Of a DNA stretch of 64,000 nt, positions 1 to 12,120 are shown piece by piece. A program made the position numbers and the translations under genes. Source of the DNA: Eledone cirrhosa (taxonomy: Eukaryota); NCBI GenBank assembly GCA_964016885.1, contig OZ024750.1, positions 42,780,001 to 42,844,000 on the forward strand, in the 5' to 3' direction. The notes beneath the pieces are model-generated. The model was not told where the DNA came from, made no database searches, and worked only from the letters and a program-made list of their open reading frames with translations. How positions within the stretch are numbered: position 1 is the first letter of the stretch; every line of letters starts with the position of its first letter.

Positions 1-3000
1 TCATCATTGTCACTGTCACCACCACAGTTGTCATCATCATTGTCACTGTCACCACCACAGTTGTCATCATCATTGTCACTGTCAGCACCACAGTTGTCAT
101 CATCATTGTCATTGTCACCAACACAGTTGTCACCATCATTGTCATTGTCACCACCACAGTTGTCATCATCATTGTCTTTGTCACCACCACAGTTGTCATC
201 ATCATTGTCATTGTCATCACCACAGTTGTCATCATCATTGTCACTGTCACCACCACAGTTGTCATCATCATTGTCACTGTCACCACCACAGTTGTCATCA
301 TCATTGTCACTGTCACCACCACAGTTGTCATCATCATTGTCACCACCATAGCTGTCATCATCATTGTCTTTGTCACCACCACAGTTGTCAACATTATTGT
401 CATTGTCACCACCACAGTTGTCATCATCATTGTCATTGTCACCACCACAGTTGTCATCATCATTGTCACTGTCACCACCACAGTTGTCATCATCATTGTC
501 AGTGTCATCACCACAGTTGTCATCATCATTGTCACTGTCACCACCACAGTTGTCATCATCATTGTCATTGTCACCACCACAGTTGTCATCATCATTGTCA
601 TTGTCACCACCACAGTTGTCATCGTCATTGTCATTGTCATCACCACAGTTGTCATCATCATTGTCACTGTCACCACCACAGTTGTCATCATCATTTTCAT
701 TGTCACCACCACAGTTGTCATCGTCATTGTCATTGTCATCACCACAGTTTTCATCATCATTGTCACTGTCACCACCACAGTTGTCATCATCATTGTCATT
801 GTCATCACCACAGTTGTCATCATCATTGTCATTGTCACCACCACAGTTGTCATCATCATTGTCATTGTCATCACCACAGTTGTCATCATCATTGTCACTG
901 TCACCACCACAGTTGTCATCATCATTGTCATTGTCATCACCACAGTTGTCATCATCATTGTCATTGTCACCACCACAGTTGTCATCGTCATTGTCATTGT
1001 CACCACCACAGTTGTCATCATCATTGTCATTGTCATCACCACAGTTGTCATCATCATTGTCACTGTCACCAACACAGTTGTCACCATCATTGTCATTGTC
1101 ACCACCACAGCTGTCATCATCATTGTCATTGTCACCACCACAGTTGTCATCGTCATTGTCATTGTCATCACCACAGTTGTCATCATCATTGTCATTGTCA
1201 CCACCACAGTTGTCACCATCATTGTCATTGTCACCACCACAGTTGTCACCACCACAGCTGTCATCATCATTGTCATTGTCACCACCACAGTTGTCATCAT
1301 CATTGTCACTGTCACCACCACAGTTGTCATCATCATTGTTATTGTCACCACCACAGTTGTCATCATCATCTTCACTGTCACTACCACAGTTGTCATCATC
1401 ATTGTCATTGTCACTACCACAGTTGTCATCATCATTGTCATTGTCACCAACACAGTTGTCATCATCATTGTCATTGTCACCACCACAGTTGTCATCATCA
1501 TTGTCATTGTCACCACCACAGTTGTCATCTCTGTTGTCACTGTCACCACCACAGTTGTCATCATCATTGTCATTGTCACCACCACAGTTGTCATCTCTGT
1601 TGTCACTGTCACCACCACAGTTGTCATCATCATTGTCATTGTCACCACCACAGTTGTCATCATCATTGTCATTGTCACTACCACAGTTGTCATCATCATT
1701 GTCATTGTCACCACCACAGTTGTCATCATCGTTGTCATTGTCAACACCACAGTTGTCATCATCATTGTCACTGTCACCAACACAGTTGTCATCATCATTG
1801 TCATTGTCACCACCACAGTTGTCATCTTTGTTGTCACTGTCACCACCACAGTTGTCATCATCATTGTCATTGTCACCACCACAGTTGTCATCATCATTGT
1901 CATTGTCACTACCACAGTTGTCATCATCATCATCATTGTCACCACCACAGTTGTCATCATCATTGTCACTGTAACCACCACAGTTGTCACCATCATTGTC
2001 ACTGTCACCACCACAGTTGTCATCATCATTGTCACTGTCAACACCACAGTTGTCATCATCATTGTCATTGTCATCACCACAGTTGTCATCATCATTGTCA
2101 TTGTCACCACCACAGTTGTCATCATCATTGTCACTGTCACCACCACAGTTGTCATCATCATTGTCATTGTCACCACCACAGTTGTCATCATCATTGTAAT
2201 TGTCACCACCACAGTTGTCATCATCATTGTCACTGTCACCAACACAGTTGTCATCATCATTGTCATTGTCACCACCACAGTTGTCATCATCATTGTCACT
2301 GTCACACCACAGTTGTCATCATCATTGTCATTGTCACCACCACAGTTGTCATCATCATTGTAATTGTCACCACCACAGTTGTCATCATCATTGTCATTGT
2401 CACCACCACAGTTGTCATCATCATTGTCACTGTCACCACCACAGTTGTCATCACTGTTGTCATTGTCATCACCACAGTTGTCATCATCATTGTCACTGTC
2501 ACCACCACAGTTGTCACCACCACAGTTGTCATCATCATCTTCACTGTCACCACCACAGTTGTCATCATCATTGTCCCTGTCACCACCACAGTTGTCATCA
2601 TCATTGTCATTGTCACCACCACAGTTGTCATCATCATTGTCATTGTCACCACCACAGTTGTCATCATCATTGTCACTGTCACCACCACAGTTGTCATCAT
2701 CATTGTCACTGTCACCACCACAGTTGTCATCATCATTGTCATTGTCATCACCACAGTTGTCATCATCATTGTCACTGTCACCACCACAGTTGTCATCTCT
2801 GTTGTCACTGTCACAACCACAGTTGTCATCATCATTGTCACTGTCACCACCACAGTTGTCATCATCATTGTCACTGTCACCACCACAGTTGTCATCACTG
2901 TTGTCATTGTCATCACCACAGTTGTCATCATCATTGTCACTGTCACCACCACAGTTGTCATCATCATTGTCACTGTCACCACCACAGTTGTCATCATCAT

Positions 3001-6000
3001 TGTCACTGTCACCAACACAGTTGTCATCATCATTGTCACTGTCACCACCACAGTTGTCATCACTGTTGTCATTGTCATCACCACAGATGTCATCATCATT
3101 GTCACTGTCACCACCACAGTTGTCATCATCATTGTCACTGTCACCACCACAGTTGTCACCATCATTGTCATTGTCACCACCACAGTTGTCATCATCATTG
3201 TCATTGTCACCACCACAGTTGTCATCATCATTGTCATTGTCATCACCACAGTTGTCATCATCATTGTCATTGTCATCACCACAGTTGTCATCATCATTGT
3301 CATTGTCACCACCACAGTTGTCACCACCACAGTTGTCATCATCATTGTCACTGTCACCACCACAGTTGTCATCATCATTGTCATTGTCACCACCACAGTT
3401 GTCATCGTCATTGTCATTGTCACCACCACAGTTGTCATCATCATTGTCACTGTCACCACCACAGTTGTCATCATCATTGTCATTGTCATCACCACAGTTG
3501 TCATCATCATTGTCATTGTCACCACCACAGTTGTCATCATCATTGTCACTGTCACCACCACAGTTGTCATCATCATTGTCATTGTCACCACCACAGTTGT
3601 CATCATCATTGTCACTGTCACCACCACAGTTGTCATCATCATTGTCACTGTCACCACCACAGTTGTCATCATCATTGTCATTGTCATCACCACAGTTGTC
3701 ATCATCATTGTCATTGTCATCACCACAGTTGTCATCATCATTGTCATTGTCATCACCACAGTTGTCATCATCATTGTCACTGTCATCACCACAGTTGTCA
3801 TCATCATTGTCATTGTCACCACCACAGTTGTCACCGTCATTGTCATTGTCACCACCACAGATGTCACCACCACAGCTGTCATCATCATTGTCATTGTCAC
3901 CACCACAGCTGTCATCATCATTGTCACTGTCACCACCACAGTTGTCATCGTCATTGTCATTGTCATCACCACAGTTGTCATCATCATTGTCATTGTCACC
4001 ACCACAGTTGTCATCGTCATTGTCACTGTCACCACCACAGTTGTCATCATCATTGTAATTGTCACCACCACAGTTGTCATCATCATTGTCACTGTCACCA
4101 CCACAGTTGTCATCATCATTGTCACTGTCACCACCACAGTTGTCATCATCATTGTCATTGTCACCACCACAGTTGTCATCATCATTGTCATTGTCACCAC
4201 CACAGTTGTCATCATCATTATCACTGTCACCACCACAGTTGTCATCATCATTGTCATTGTCACCACCACAGTTGTCATCATCATTGTCATTGTCACCACC
4301 ACAGTTGTCATCATCATTGTCACTGTCACCACCACAGTTGTCATCATCATTGTCATTGTCACCACCACAGTTGTCATCGTCATTGTCATTGTCACCACCA
4401 CAGTTGTCATCATCATCATTGTCATTGTCATCACCACAGTTGTCATCATCATTGTCATTGTCACCACCACAGTTGTCACCATCATTGTCACTGTCACCAC
4501 CACAGTTGTCATCATCATTGTCACTGTCACCACCACAGTTGTCATCATCATTGTCATTGTCACCACCACAGTTGTCATCATCATTGTCACTGTCACCACC
4601 ACAGTTGTCATCATCATTGTCACTGTCACCACCACAGTTGTCATCATCATTGTCATTGTCACCATCACAGTTGTCATCATCATTGTCATTGTCACCACCA
4701 CAGTTGTCATCGTCATTGTCACTGTCACCACCACAGTTGTCATCATCATTTTCACTGTCACCACCACAGTTGTCATCATCATTGTAATTGTCACCACCAC
4801 AGTTGTCATCGTCATTGTCACTGTCACCACCACAGTTGTCATCATCATTGTAATTGTCACCACCACAGTTGTCATCGTCATTGTCACTGTCACCACCACA
4901 GTTGTCATCATCATTGTCATTGTCACCACCACAGTTGTCATCTCTGTTGTCACTGTCACCACCACAGTTGTCATCATCATTGTCACTGTCACCACCACAG
5001 TTGTCATCATCATTGTCATTGTCACCACCACAGTTGTCATCATCATTGTCACTGTCACCACCACAGTTGTCATCATCATTGTCATTGTCACCACCACAGT
5101 TGTCATCATCATTGTAATTGTCACCACCAGAGTTGTCATCATCATTGTCATTGTCACCACCACAGTTGTCATCATCATTGTAATTGTCACCACCACAGTT
5201 GTCATCATCATTGTCACTGTCACCACCACAGTTGTCATCATCATTGTCATTGTCACCAACACAGTTGTCATCATCATTGTCAGTCACCACCACAGTTGTC
5301 ATCATCATTGTCATTGTCACCAACACAGTTGTCATCATCATTGTCAGTCACCACCACAGTTGTCATCATCATTGTCATTGTCACCAACACAGTTGTCATA
5401 ATCATTGTCAGTCACTACCACAGTTGTCATCATCATTGTCATTGTCACCACCACAGTTGTCATCATCATTGTCAGTCACCACCACAGTTGTCATCATCAT
5501 TGTCATTGTCACCACCACAGTTGTCATCATCATTGTCACTGTCACCACCACAGTTGTCATCATCATTGTCACTGTCACCACCACAGTTGTCATCATCATT
5601 GTCACTGTCACCACCACAGTTGTCATCATCATTGTCATTGTCACCACCACAGTTGTCATCATCATTGACAGTGTCACCACCACAGTTGTCATCATCATTG
5701 TCATTGTCACCACCACAGTTGTCATCATCATCTTCACTGTCACCACCACAGTTGTCATCATCATTGTCCCTGTCACCACCACAGTTGTCATCATCATTGT
5801 CATTGTCACCACCACAGTTGTCATCATCATTGTCATTGTCACCACCACAGTTGTCATCATCATTGTCACTGTCACCACCACAGTTGTCATCATCATTGTC
5901 ACTGTCACCACCACAGTTGTCATCATCATTGTCATTGTCATCACCACAGTTGTCATCATCATTGTCACTGTCACCACCACAGTTGTCATCCCTGTTGTCA

Positions 6001-9000
6001 CTGTCACAACCACAGTTGTCATCATCATTGTCACTGTCACCACCACAGTTGTCATCATCATTGTCACTGTCACCACCACAGTTGTCATCACTGTTGTCAT
6101 TGTCATCACCACAGTTGTCATCATCATTGTCACTGTCACCACCACAGTTGTCATCATCATTGTCACTGTCACCACCACAGTTGTCATCATCATTGTCATT
6201 GTCACCACCACAGTTGTCATCATCATTGTCACTGTCACCACCACAGTTGTCATCACTGTTGTCATTGTCATCACCACAGTTGTCATCATCATTGTCACTG
6301 TCACCACCACAGTTGTCATCATCATTGTCACTGTCACCACCACAGTTGTCATCGTCATTGTCATTGTCACCACCACAGTTGTCATCATCATTGTCACTGT
6401 CACCACCACAGTTGTCATCATCATTGTCATTGTCATCACCACAGTTGTCATCATCATTGTCATTGTCACCACCACAGTTGTCATCATCATTGTCACTGTC
6501 ACCACCACAGATGTCATCATCATTGTAATTGTCACCACCACAGTTGTCATCGTCATTGTCACTGTCACCACCACAGTTGTCATCATCATCTTCACTGTCA
6601 CCACCACAGTTGTCATCATCATTGTCATTGTCACCACCACAGTTGTCATCGTCATTGTCATTGTCACCACCACAGTTGTCATCATCATTGTCACTGTCAC
6701 CACCACAGTTGTCATCATCATTGTCACTGTCACCACCAGAGTTGTCATCATCATTGTCATTGTCATCACCACAGTTGTCATCATCATTGTCATTGTCATC
6801 ACCACAGTTGTCATCATCATTGTCATTGTCATCACCACAGTTGTCATCATCATTGTCACTGTCATCACCACAGTTGTCATCATCATTGTCATTGTCACCA
6901 CCACAGTTGTCACCATCATTGTCATTGTCACCACCACAGTTGTCACCACCACAGCTGTCATCATCATTGTCATTGTCACCACCACAGCTGTCATCATCAT
7001 TGTCATTGTCACCACCACAGTTGTCATCGTCATTGTCATTGTCATCACCACAGTTGTCATCATCATTGTCATTGTCACCACCACAGTTGTCATCGTCATT
7101 GTCACTGTCACCACCACAGTTGTCATCATCATTGTAATTGTCACCACCACAGTTGTCATCATCATTGTCACCACCACAGTTGTCATCATCATTGTCATTG
7201 TCATCACCACAGTTGTCATCATCATTGTCATTGTCACCACCACAGTTGTCATCATCATTGTCACTGTCACCACCACAGTTGTCATCATCATTGTCATTGT
7301 CACCACCACAGTTGTCATCATCATTGTCATTGTCACCACCACAGTTGTCATCATCATTGTCACTGTCACCACCACAGTTGTCATCATCATTGTCATTGTC
7401 ACCACCACAGTTGTCATCATCATTGTCATTGTCACCACCACAGTTGTCATCATCATTGTCACTGTCACCACCACAGTTGTCATCATCATTGTCATTGTCA
7501 CCACCACAGTTGTCATCGTCATTGTCATTGTCACCACCACAGTTGTCATCATCATTGTCACTGTCACCACCACAGTTGTCATCATCATTGTCATTGTCAT
7601 CACCACAGTTGTCATCATCATTGTCATTGTCACCACCACAGTTGTCACCATCATTGTCACTGTCACCACCACAGTTGTCATCATCATTGTCACTGTCACC
7701 ACCACAGTTGTCATCATCATTGTCATTGTGACCACCACAGTTGTCATCTCTGTTGTCACTGTCACCACCACAGTTGTCATCATCATTGTCACTGTCACCA
7801 CCACAGTTGTCATCATCATTGTCACTGTCACCACCACAGTTGTCATCATCATTGTCACTGTCACCACCACAGTTGTCATCATCATTGTCACTGTCACCAC
7901 CACAGTTGTCATCATCATTGTAATTGTCACCACCACAGTTGTCATCGTCATTGTCACTGTCACCACCACAGTTGTCATCATCATTGTAATTGTCACCACC
8001 ACAGTTGTCATCGTCATTGTCACTGTCACCACCACAGTTGTCATCATCATTGTCATTGTCACCACCACAGTTGTCATCTCTGTTGTCACTGTCACCACCA
8101 CAGTTGTCATCATCATTGTCACTGTCACCACCACAGTTGTCATCATCATTGTCACTGTCACCACCACAGTTGTCATCATCATTGTCACTGTCACCACCAC
8201 AGTTGTCATCATCATTGTCATTGTCACCACCACAGTTGTCATCGTCATTGTCACTGTCACCACCACAGTTGTCATCATCATTGTCACTGTCACCACCACA
8301 GTTGTCATCATCATTGTCATTGTCACCACCACAGTTGTCATCATCATTGTCACTGTCACCACCACAGTTGTCATCGTCATTGTCACTGTCACCACCACAG
8401 TTGTCATCGTCATTGTCACTGTCACCACCACAGTTGTCATCATCATTGTCACTGTCACCACCACAGTTGTCATCGTCATTGTCACTGTCACCACCACAGT
8501 TGTCATCATCATTGTCACTGTCACCACCACAGTTGTCATCGTCATTGTCACTGTCACCACCACAGTTGTCATCATCATTGTCATTGTCACCAACACAGTT
8601 GTCATCATCATTGTCATTGTCACCACCACAGTTGTCATCATCATTGTCATTGTCATCACCACAGTTGTCATCATCATTGTCACTGTCACCACAACAGTTG
8701 TCATCATCATTGTCATTGTCATCACCACAGTTGTCATCATCATTGTCATTGTCACCACCACAGTTGTCACCATCATTGTCATTGTCACCACCACAGTTGT
8801 CACCATCATTGTCATTGTCACCACCACAGTTGTCACCATCATTGTCATTGTCACCACCACAGTTGTCATCATCATTGTCATTTTCAACACCACAGTTGTC
8901 ATCATCATTGTCATTGTCACCACCACAGTTGTCACCATCATTGTCATTGTCATCACCACAGTTGTCATCATCATTGTCACTGTCACCACCACAGTTGTCA

Positions 9001-9653
9001 TCATCATTGTCACTGTCACCACCACAGATGTCATCATCATTGTCATTGTCACCACCACAGTTGTCATCATCATTGTCATTGTCATCACCACAGTTGTCAT
9101 CATCATTGTCATTGTCACGACCACAGTTATCACCATCATTGTCATTGTCACCACCACAGTTGTCATCGTCATTGTCACCACCACAGTTGTCATCATCATT
9201 GTCATTGTCATCACCACAGTTGTCATCATCATTGTCACTGTCACCACCACAGTTGTCATCATCATTGTCATTGTCATCACCACAGTTGTCATCATCATTG
9301 TCATTGTCACCACCACAGTTGTCACCATCATTGTCATTGTCACCACCACAGCTGTCATCATCATTGTCATTGTCACCACCACAGTTGTCATCGTCATTGT
9401 CATTGTCATCACCACAGTTGTCATCATCATTGTCATTGTCATCACAACAGTTGTCATCATCATTGTCATTGTCATCACCACAGTTGTCATCATCATTGTC
9501 ATTGTCACCACCACAGTTGTCATCATCATTGTCATTGTCATCACCACAGTTGTCATCATCATTGTCATTGTCATCACCACAGTTGTCATCATCATTGTCA
9601 GTCACCAACACAGTTGTCATCATCATTGTCATTGTCACCACCACAGTTGTCAT
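1..9653. repeat. 33-bp tandem satellite array, left part (continues beyond window start)
   Basis: Continuous head-to-tail copies of GTTGTCATCATCATTGTCA(T/C)TGTCACCACCACA with point variants and occasional 15-, 27-, 31- and 36-bp units; interrupted mid-monomer at 9653. Confidence 0.99.
9650..9653 (+). other. Target site duplication TCAT, left copy
   Basis: Left flank ends GTTG-TCAT; right flank begins TCAT-CATCATTGTC; an intact monomer has only one TCAT at this position. Confidence 0.85.
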
Positions 9654-10019
9654 TGTAGCGGTTGTCTCCCTTGTTTTGATTGGGATCTAGACGGGAGGTG
9701 GAACCCTTTCTGCGACTTCCGGTCAGAGCCCTATAAAACTAACAACTTTAGGCTTCCTCTCTCTTTTTGCCTTTTCGGCACCAGGTCAAGAGTCTTCTCA
9801 TTTGGCTCTGCCATTAATTTGGCCAACAGGCGCCTGGCCTTAGCCAGGCGCCCTCTGCCAGCCGCGTTTGCCTGGCAATCAAAACGGTAACTACTAACTT
9901 TGTTTCATTCTAACATCTATCTTTGACATGTCAAGTATTCTATCTACCGTTAATTAAATATTATATACACAAACATTGTCTCGTTTTGTTACATTCATAC
10001 ACCCAGTATCCTCGCTATA
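9654..10019 (+). repeat. 5' LTR (LTR-A), 366 bp
   Basis: Direct repeat of 12121-12485; terminal inverted repeat TGTAGCG...CGCTATA (6/7 match); contains TATAAAA (9732-9738) and ATTAAA (9953-9958). Confidence 0.93.
9715..9738 (+). promoter_or_regulatory. Putative LTR core promoter: ETS-like ACTTCCGG plus TATA box
   Basis: ACTTCCGGTCA (9715-9725) then TATAAAA (9732-9738); the same arrangement occurs in LTR-B (11442-11452, then GATAAAA). Confidence 0.55.
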
Positions 10020-10020
10020 T

Positions 10021-10052
10021 TGGTAACCCTGACGTGATACGAACACGCAGCC
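10021..10052 (+). promoter_or_regulatory. Primer binding site 1, complementary to tRNA-Trp 3' end, extended to about 32 nt
   Basis: TGGTAACCCTGACGTGATACGAACACGCAGCC versus the recalled reverse complement of metazoan tRNA-Trp(CCA), TGGTGACCCCGACGTGATTCGAACACGCAGCC; begins 1 nt after the LTR end. Confidence 0.88.
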
Positions 10053-10089
10053 GTTCATCGCTATAAGGGTCACCCCCCAAAAAAGAAAA

Positions 10090-10358
10090 AAATAGCACAT
10101 CTGGTTTTGTGAGTAACATTACGAATACACAGCAAATTTAGCGACAAACTATGAAAATACTCAAGGACACGCACACACGCACATGTGGAATTCGCACAGA
10201 CATACTTTTTCTCTCACGCATCAATTAACTGTCGCATTTCACCAATATATATATATATGTTTCTCGTTTCTTACAACGAACACTTTCAAAACAAAAAAAA
10301 CATTTCACGATATATATATATGTTTCTCGTTTCTTACAACGAACTCTTTCAAAACACA
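10090..10358 (+). repeat. Internal block X, copy 1 (~270 bp, post-PBS leader)
   Basis: Direct repeat of 11783-12052 at offset 1693; contains a ~66-bp tandem duplication starting at 10235 and 10301 with (AT)n and A-runs. Confidence 0.95.
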
Positions 10359-10932
10359 CAAAAAAAAAAAAGAAATTTGATATTCTTTAAAAAACATTTC
10401 AACAGGAACATTTATTTTCGATGAACCATTGCCTTTTGTTCATCGTTTTCTTCATCGTTCAAGTTTTTTGTTTTTTTCCAAAGTTCACACCTATAATTAT
10501 GCTGATTGAAGCCTTTCTTTTTCATCATTGTTACTTTCAAAATTGCACTATCATTTTCTCGCGCGTTAGAAATATTTTTTTTCAACCTTGTATTGTCACG
10601 TGTAGGCAGCATAAATTCTCGATTCACTGAGATGTCTCTACTCACAGACAGCCGCACGCCAGAGATAGCATTTCTCCCCCAAGGATTCTTCAGCCTTAAG
10701 CTATATTCTTCTATTTGCCGGTTTATAAATTTACAATGTAAATTTACCGTTGATAACCGCGCATTTAGTAAGAATGCTTATTTCTCTGGTCGCTGGCCTC
10801 TGGACCCTTCCAGATCAACGCATTCTCAACATCGACCATCAACTTCGGCTGCTATTTCTAGCACTTTGCGCAACTCATTTTTTCTGAAAAATTTTTTGTC
10901 TACTGTGAATTTAAACACCGAATACGCTCACT

Positions 10933-11024
10933 CAGCAGCAACACCAACAGCAATATAACAGCAACAGCAATATAACAGCAACAGCAATACAGCAGCAACA
11001 GCAACAGCAATACAGCAACTCAGC
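10933..11024. repeat. CAG/CAA-rich simple repeat inside the element
   Basis: Imperfect copies of AACAGCAACAGCAATA(T/C) and CAGCAA. Confidence 0.85.
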
Positions 11025-11315
11025 TTCACCAACAACCAAAGCCAGAGAATTTATTTTTGCAGCACTCTTCCTGTGAGAAAATCCATTTGGATGTTGGAAA
11101 TTTCACGATATACCACAGAAAAAAAAACCACCTGCATTCATTCTCTGGAACACACTTTCTTTCCTGCTGTCATGTGATTGCACACCTGTGAACTATATTT
11201 TGTACATTTGAACTTTTGACTTTTCTTACTTCCATTACTCTGTACCATATTTTTCATGCCTCTTACATGGTCGCCATCTTACTCCATGCATGCTTCTTTC
11301 GATTTTTTATGTTTT

Positions 11316-11335
11316 AAAAATCTGGCGGGGGATAC
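11316..11335 (+). promoter_or_regulatory. PPT-like tract 1, preceding the internal LTR-B
   Basis: AAAAATCTGGCGGGGGATAC directly followed by TGTAG; parallels AAAATTCTGGCGGGAGGTTA|TGTAG before the 3' LTR, and both are preceded by TTTCGATTTTT. Confidence 0.8.
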
Positions 11336-11763
11336 TGTAGTAAGAGTTGCCTCCCCTGCCACGACAATCGAATCGCTGTTCTCTAGACAGGAAGTAGGTG
11401 GAGTTGCTTCCCTTTGGGATTGACCAAACTCCCTAGTGGTCACTTCCGGTCAACAGAGATAAAAGGAGCGATTAACCGCGAAATCTCTCTCTCGCCTCCT
11501 GATTCCTGAAGTGGTAACATCTTCGACCATAGCTGGTGATTCTTTCTGGACGACCCTTTCGTTACCAGCACAATCCAGCTCACCAGCCTGAGATGAGAGC
11601 GCCAAGACATTTTCTACCAACTTCACAATGGTATTATTGCCATCGGGTAACAACCCTTTACCTTATACACCTTTGACTTCTATGAAGTAAAACTTTATCA
11701 CACACACCAGTACTCTTTGTCTTTTATATTATGTTGCATGTGCACCGATATCTATTTCCTAAA
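11336..11763 (+). repeat. Internal divergent LTR (LTR-B), ~428 bp
   Basis: Starts TGTAG right after a PPT-like tract and ends (CCTAAA, degenerate) just before a perfect PBS. Shares colinear motifs with LTR-A: GTTG.CTCCC.TG, TCTAGAC, AGGTGGA, ACTTCCGGTCA followed by a TATA-like ATAAAA. Right boundary approximate. Confidence 0.8.
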
Positions 11764-11764
11764 G

Positions 11765-11782
11765 TGGTGACCCCGACGTGAT
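11765..11782 (+). promoter_or_regulatory. Primer binding site 2, perfect 18-nt tRNA-Trp PBS
   Basis: TGGTGACCCCGACGTGAT, the canonical complement of the 18 3'-terminal nucleotides of tRNA-Trp including CCA. Confidence 0.93.
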
Positions 11783-12052
11783 AAATGGCACATCTGGTTT
11801 TGTGAGTAACATTACGAATACACAGCAAATTTAGCGACAAACTATGAAAATACTCAAGGACACGCACACACGCACATGTGGAATTCGCACAGACATACTT
11901 TTTCTCTCACGCATCAATTAACTGTCGCATTTCACCAATATATATATATATGTTTCTCGTTTCTTACAACGAACACTTTCAAAACAAAAAAAAACATTTC
12001 ACGATATATATATATGTTTCTCGTTTCTTACAACGAACTCTTTCAAAACACA
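11783..12052 (+). repeat. Internal block X, copy 2
   Basis: Matches 10090-10358 except for one substitution near the start (AAATAG/AAATGG) and an A8 vs A9 run. Confidence 0.95.
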
Positions 12053-12100
12053 ACATTCTCGCCAACTTGCTACATATTTTCATTTCGATTTTTATACACT

Positions 12101-12120
12101 AAAATTCTGGCGGGAGGTTA
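12101..12120 (+). promoter_or_regulatory. PPT-like tract 2, preceding the 3' LTR
   Basis: AAAATTCTGGCGGGAGGTTA abutting TGTAGCG. Confidence 0.82.

Noticed and set aside
10021-10052. tRNA-Trp gene on the minus strand
   Set aside because: Only the 3' ~32 nt are present, including encoded CCA, with no anticodon or D arm; its position next to the LTR identifies it as a PBS.
11336-11763. Independent solo-LTR insertion nested in the element
   Set aside because: No flanking TSD; it is bounded by a PPT on the left and a PBS on the right, which a solo LTR would not retain.
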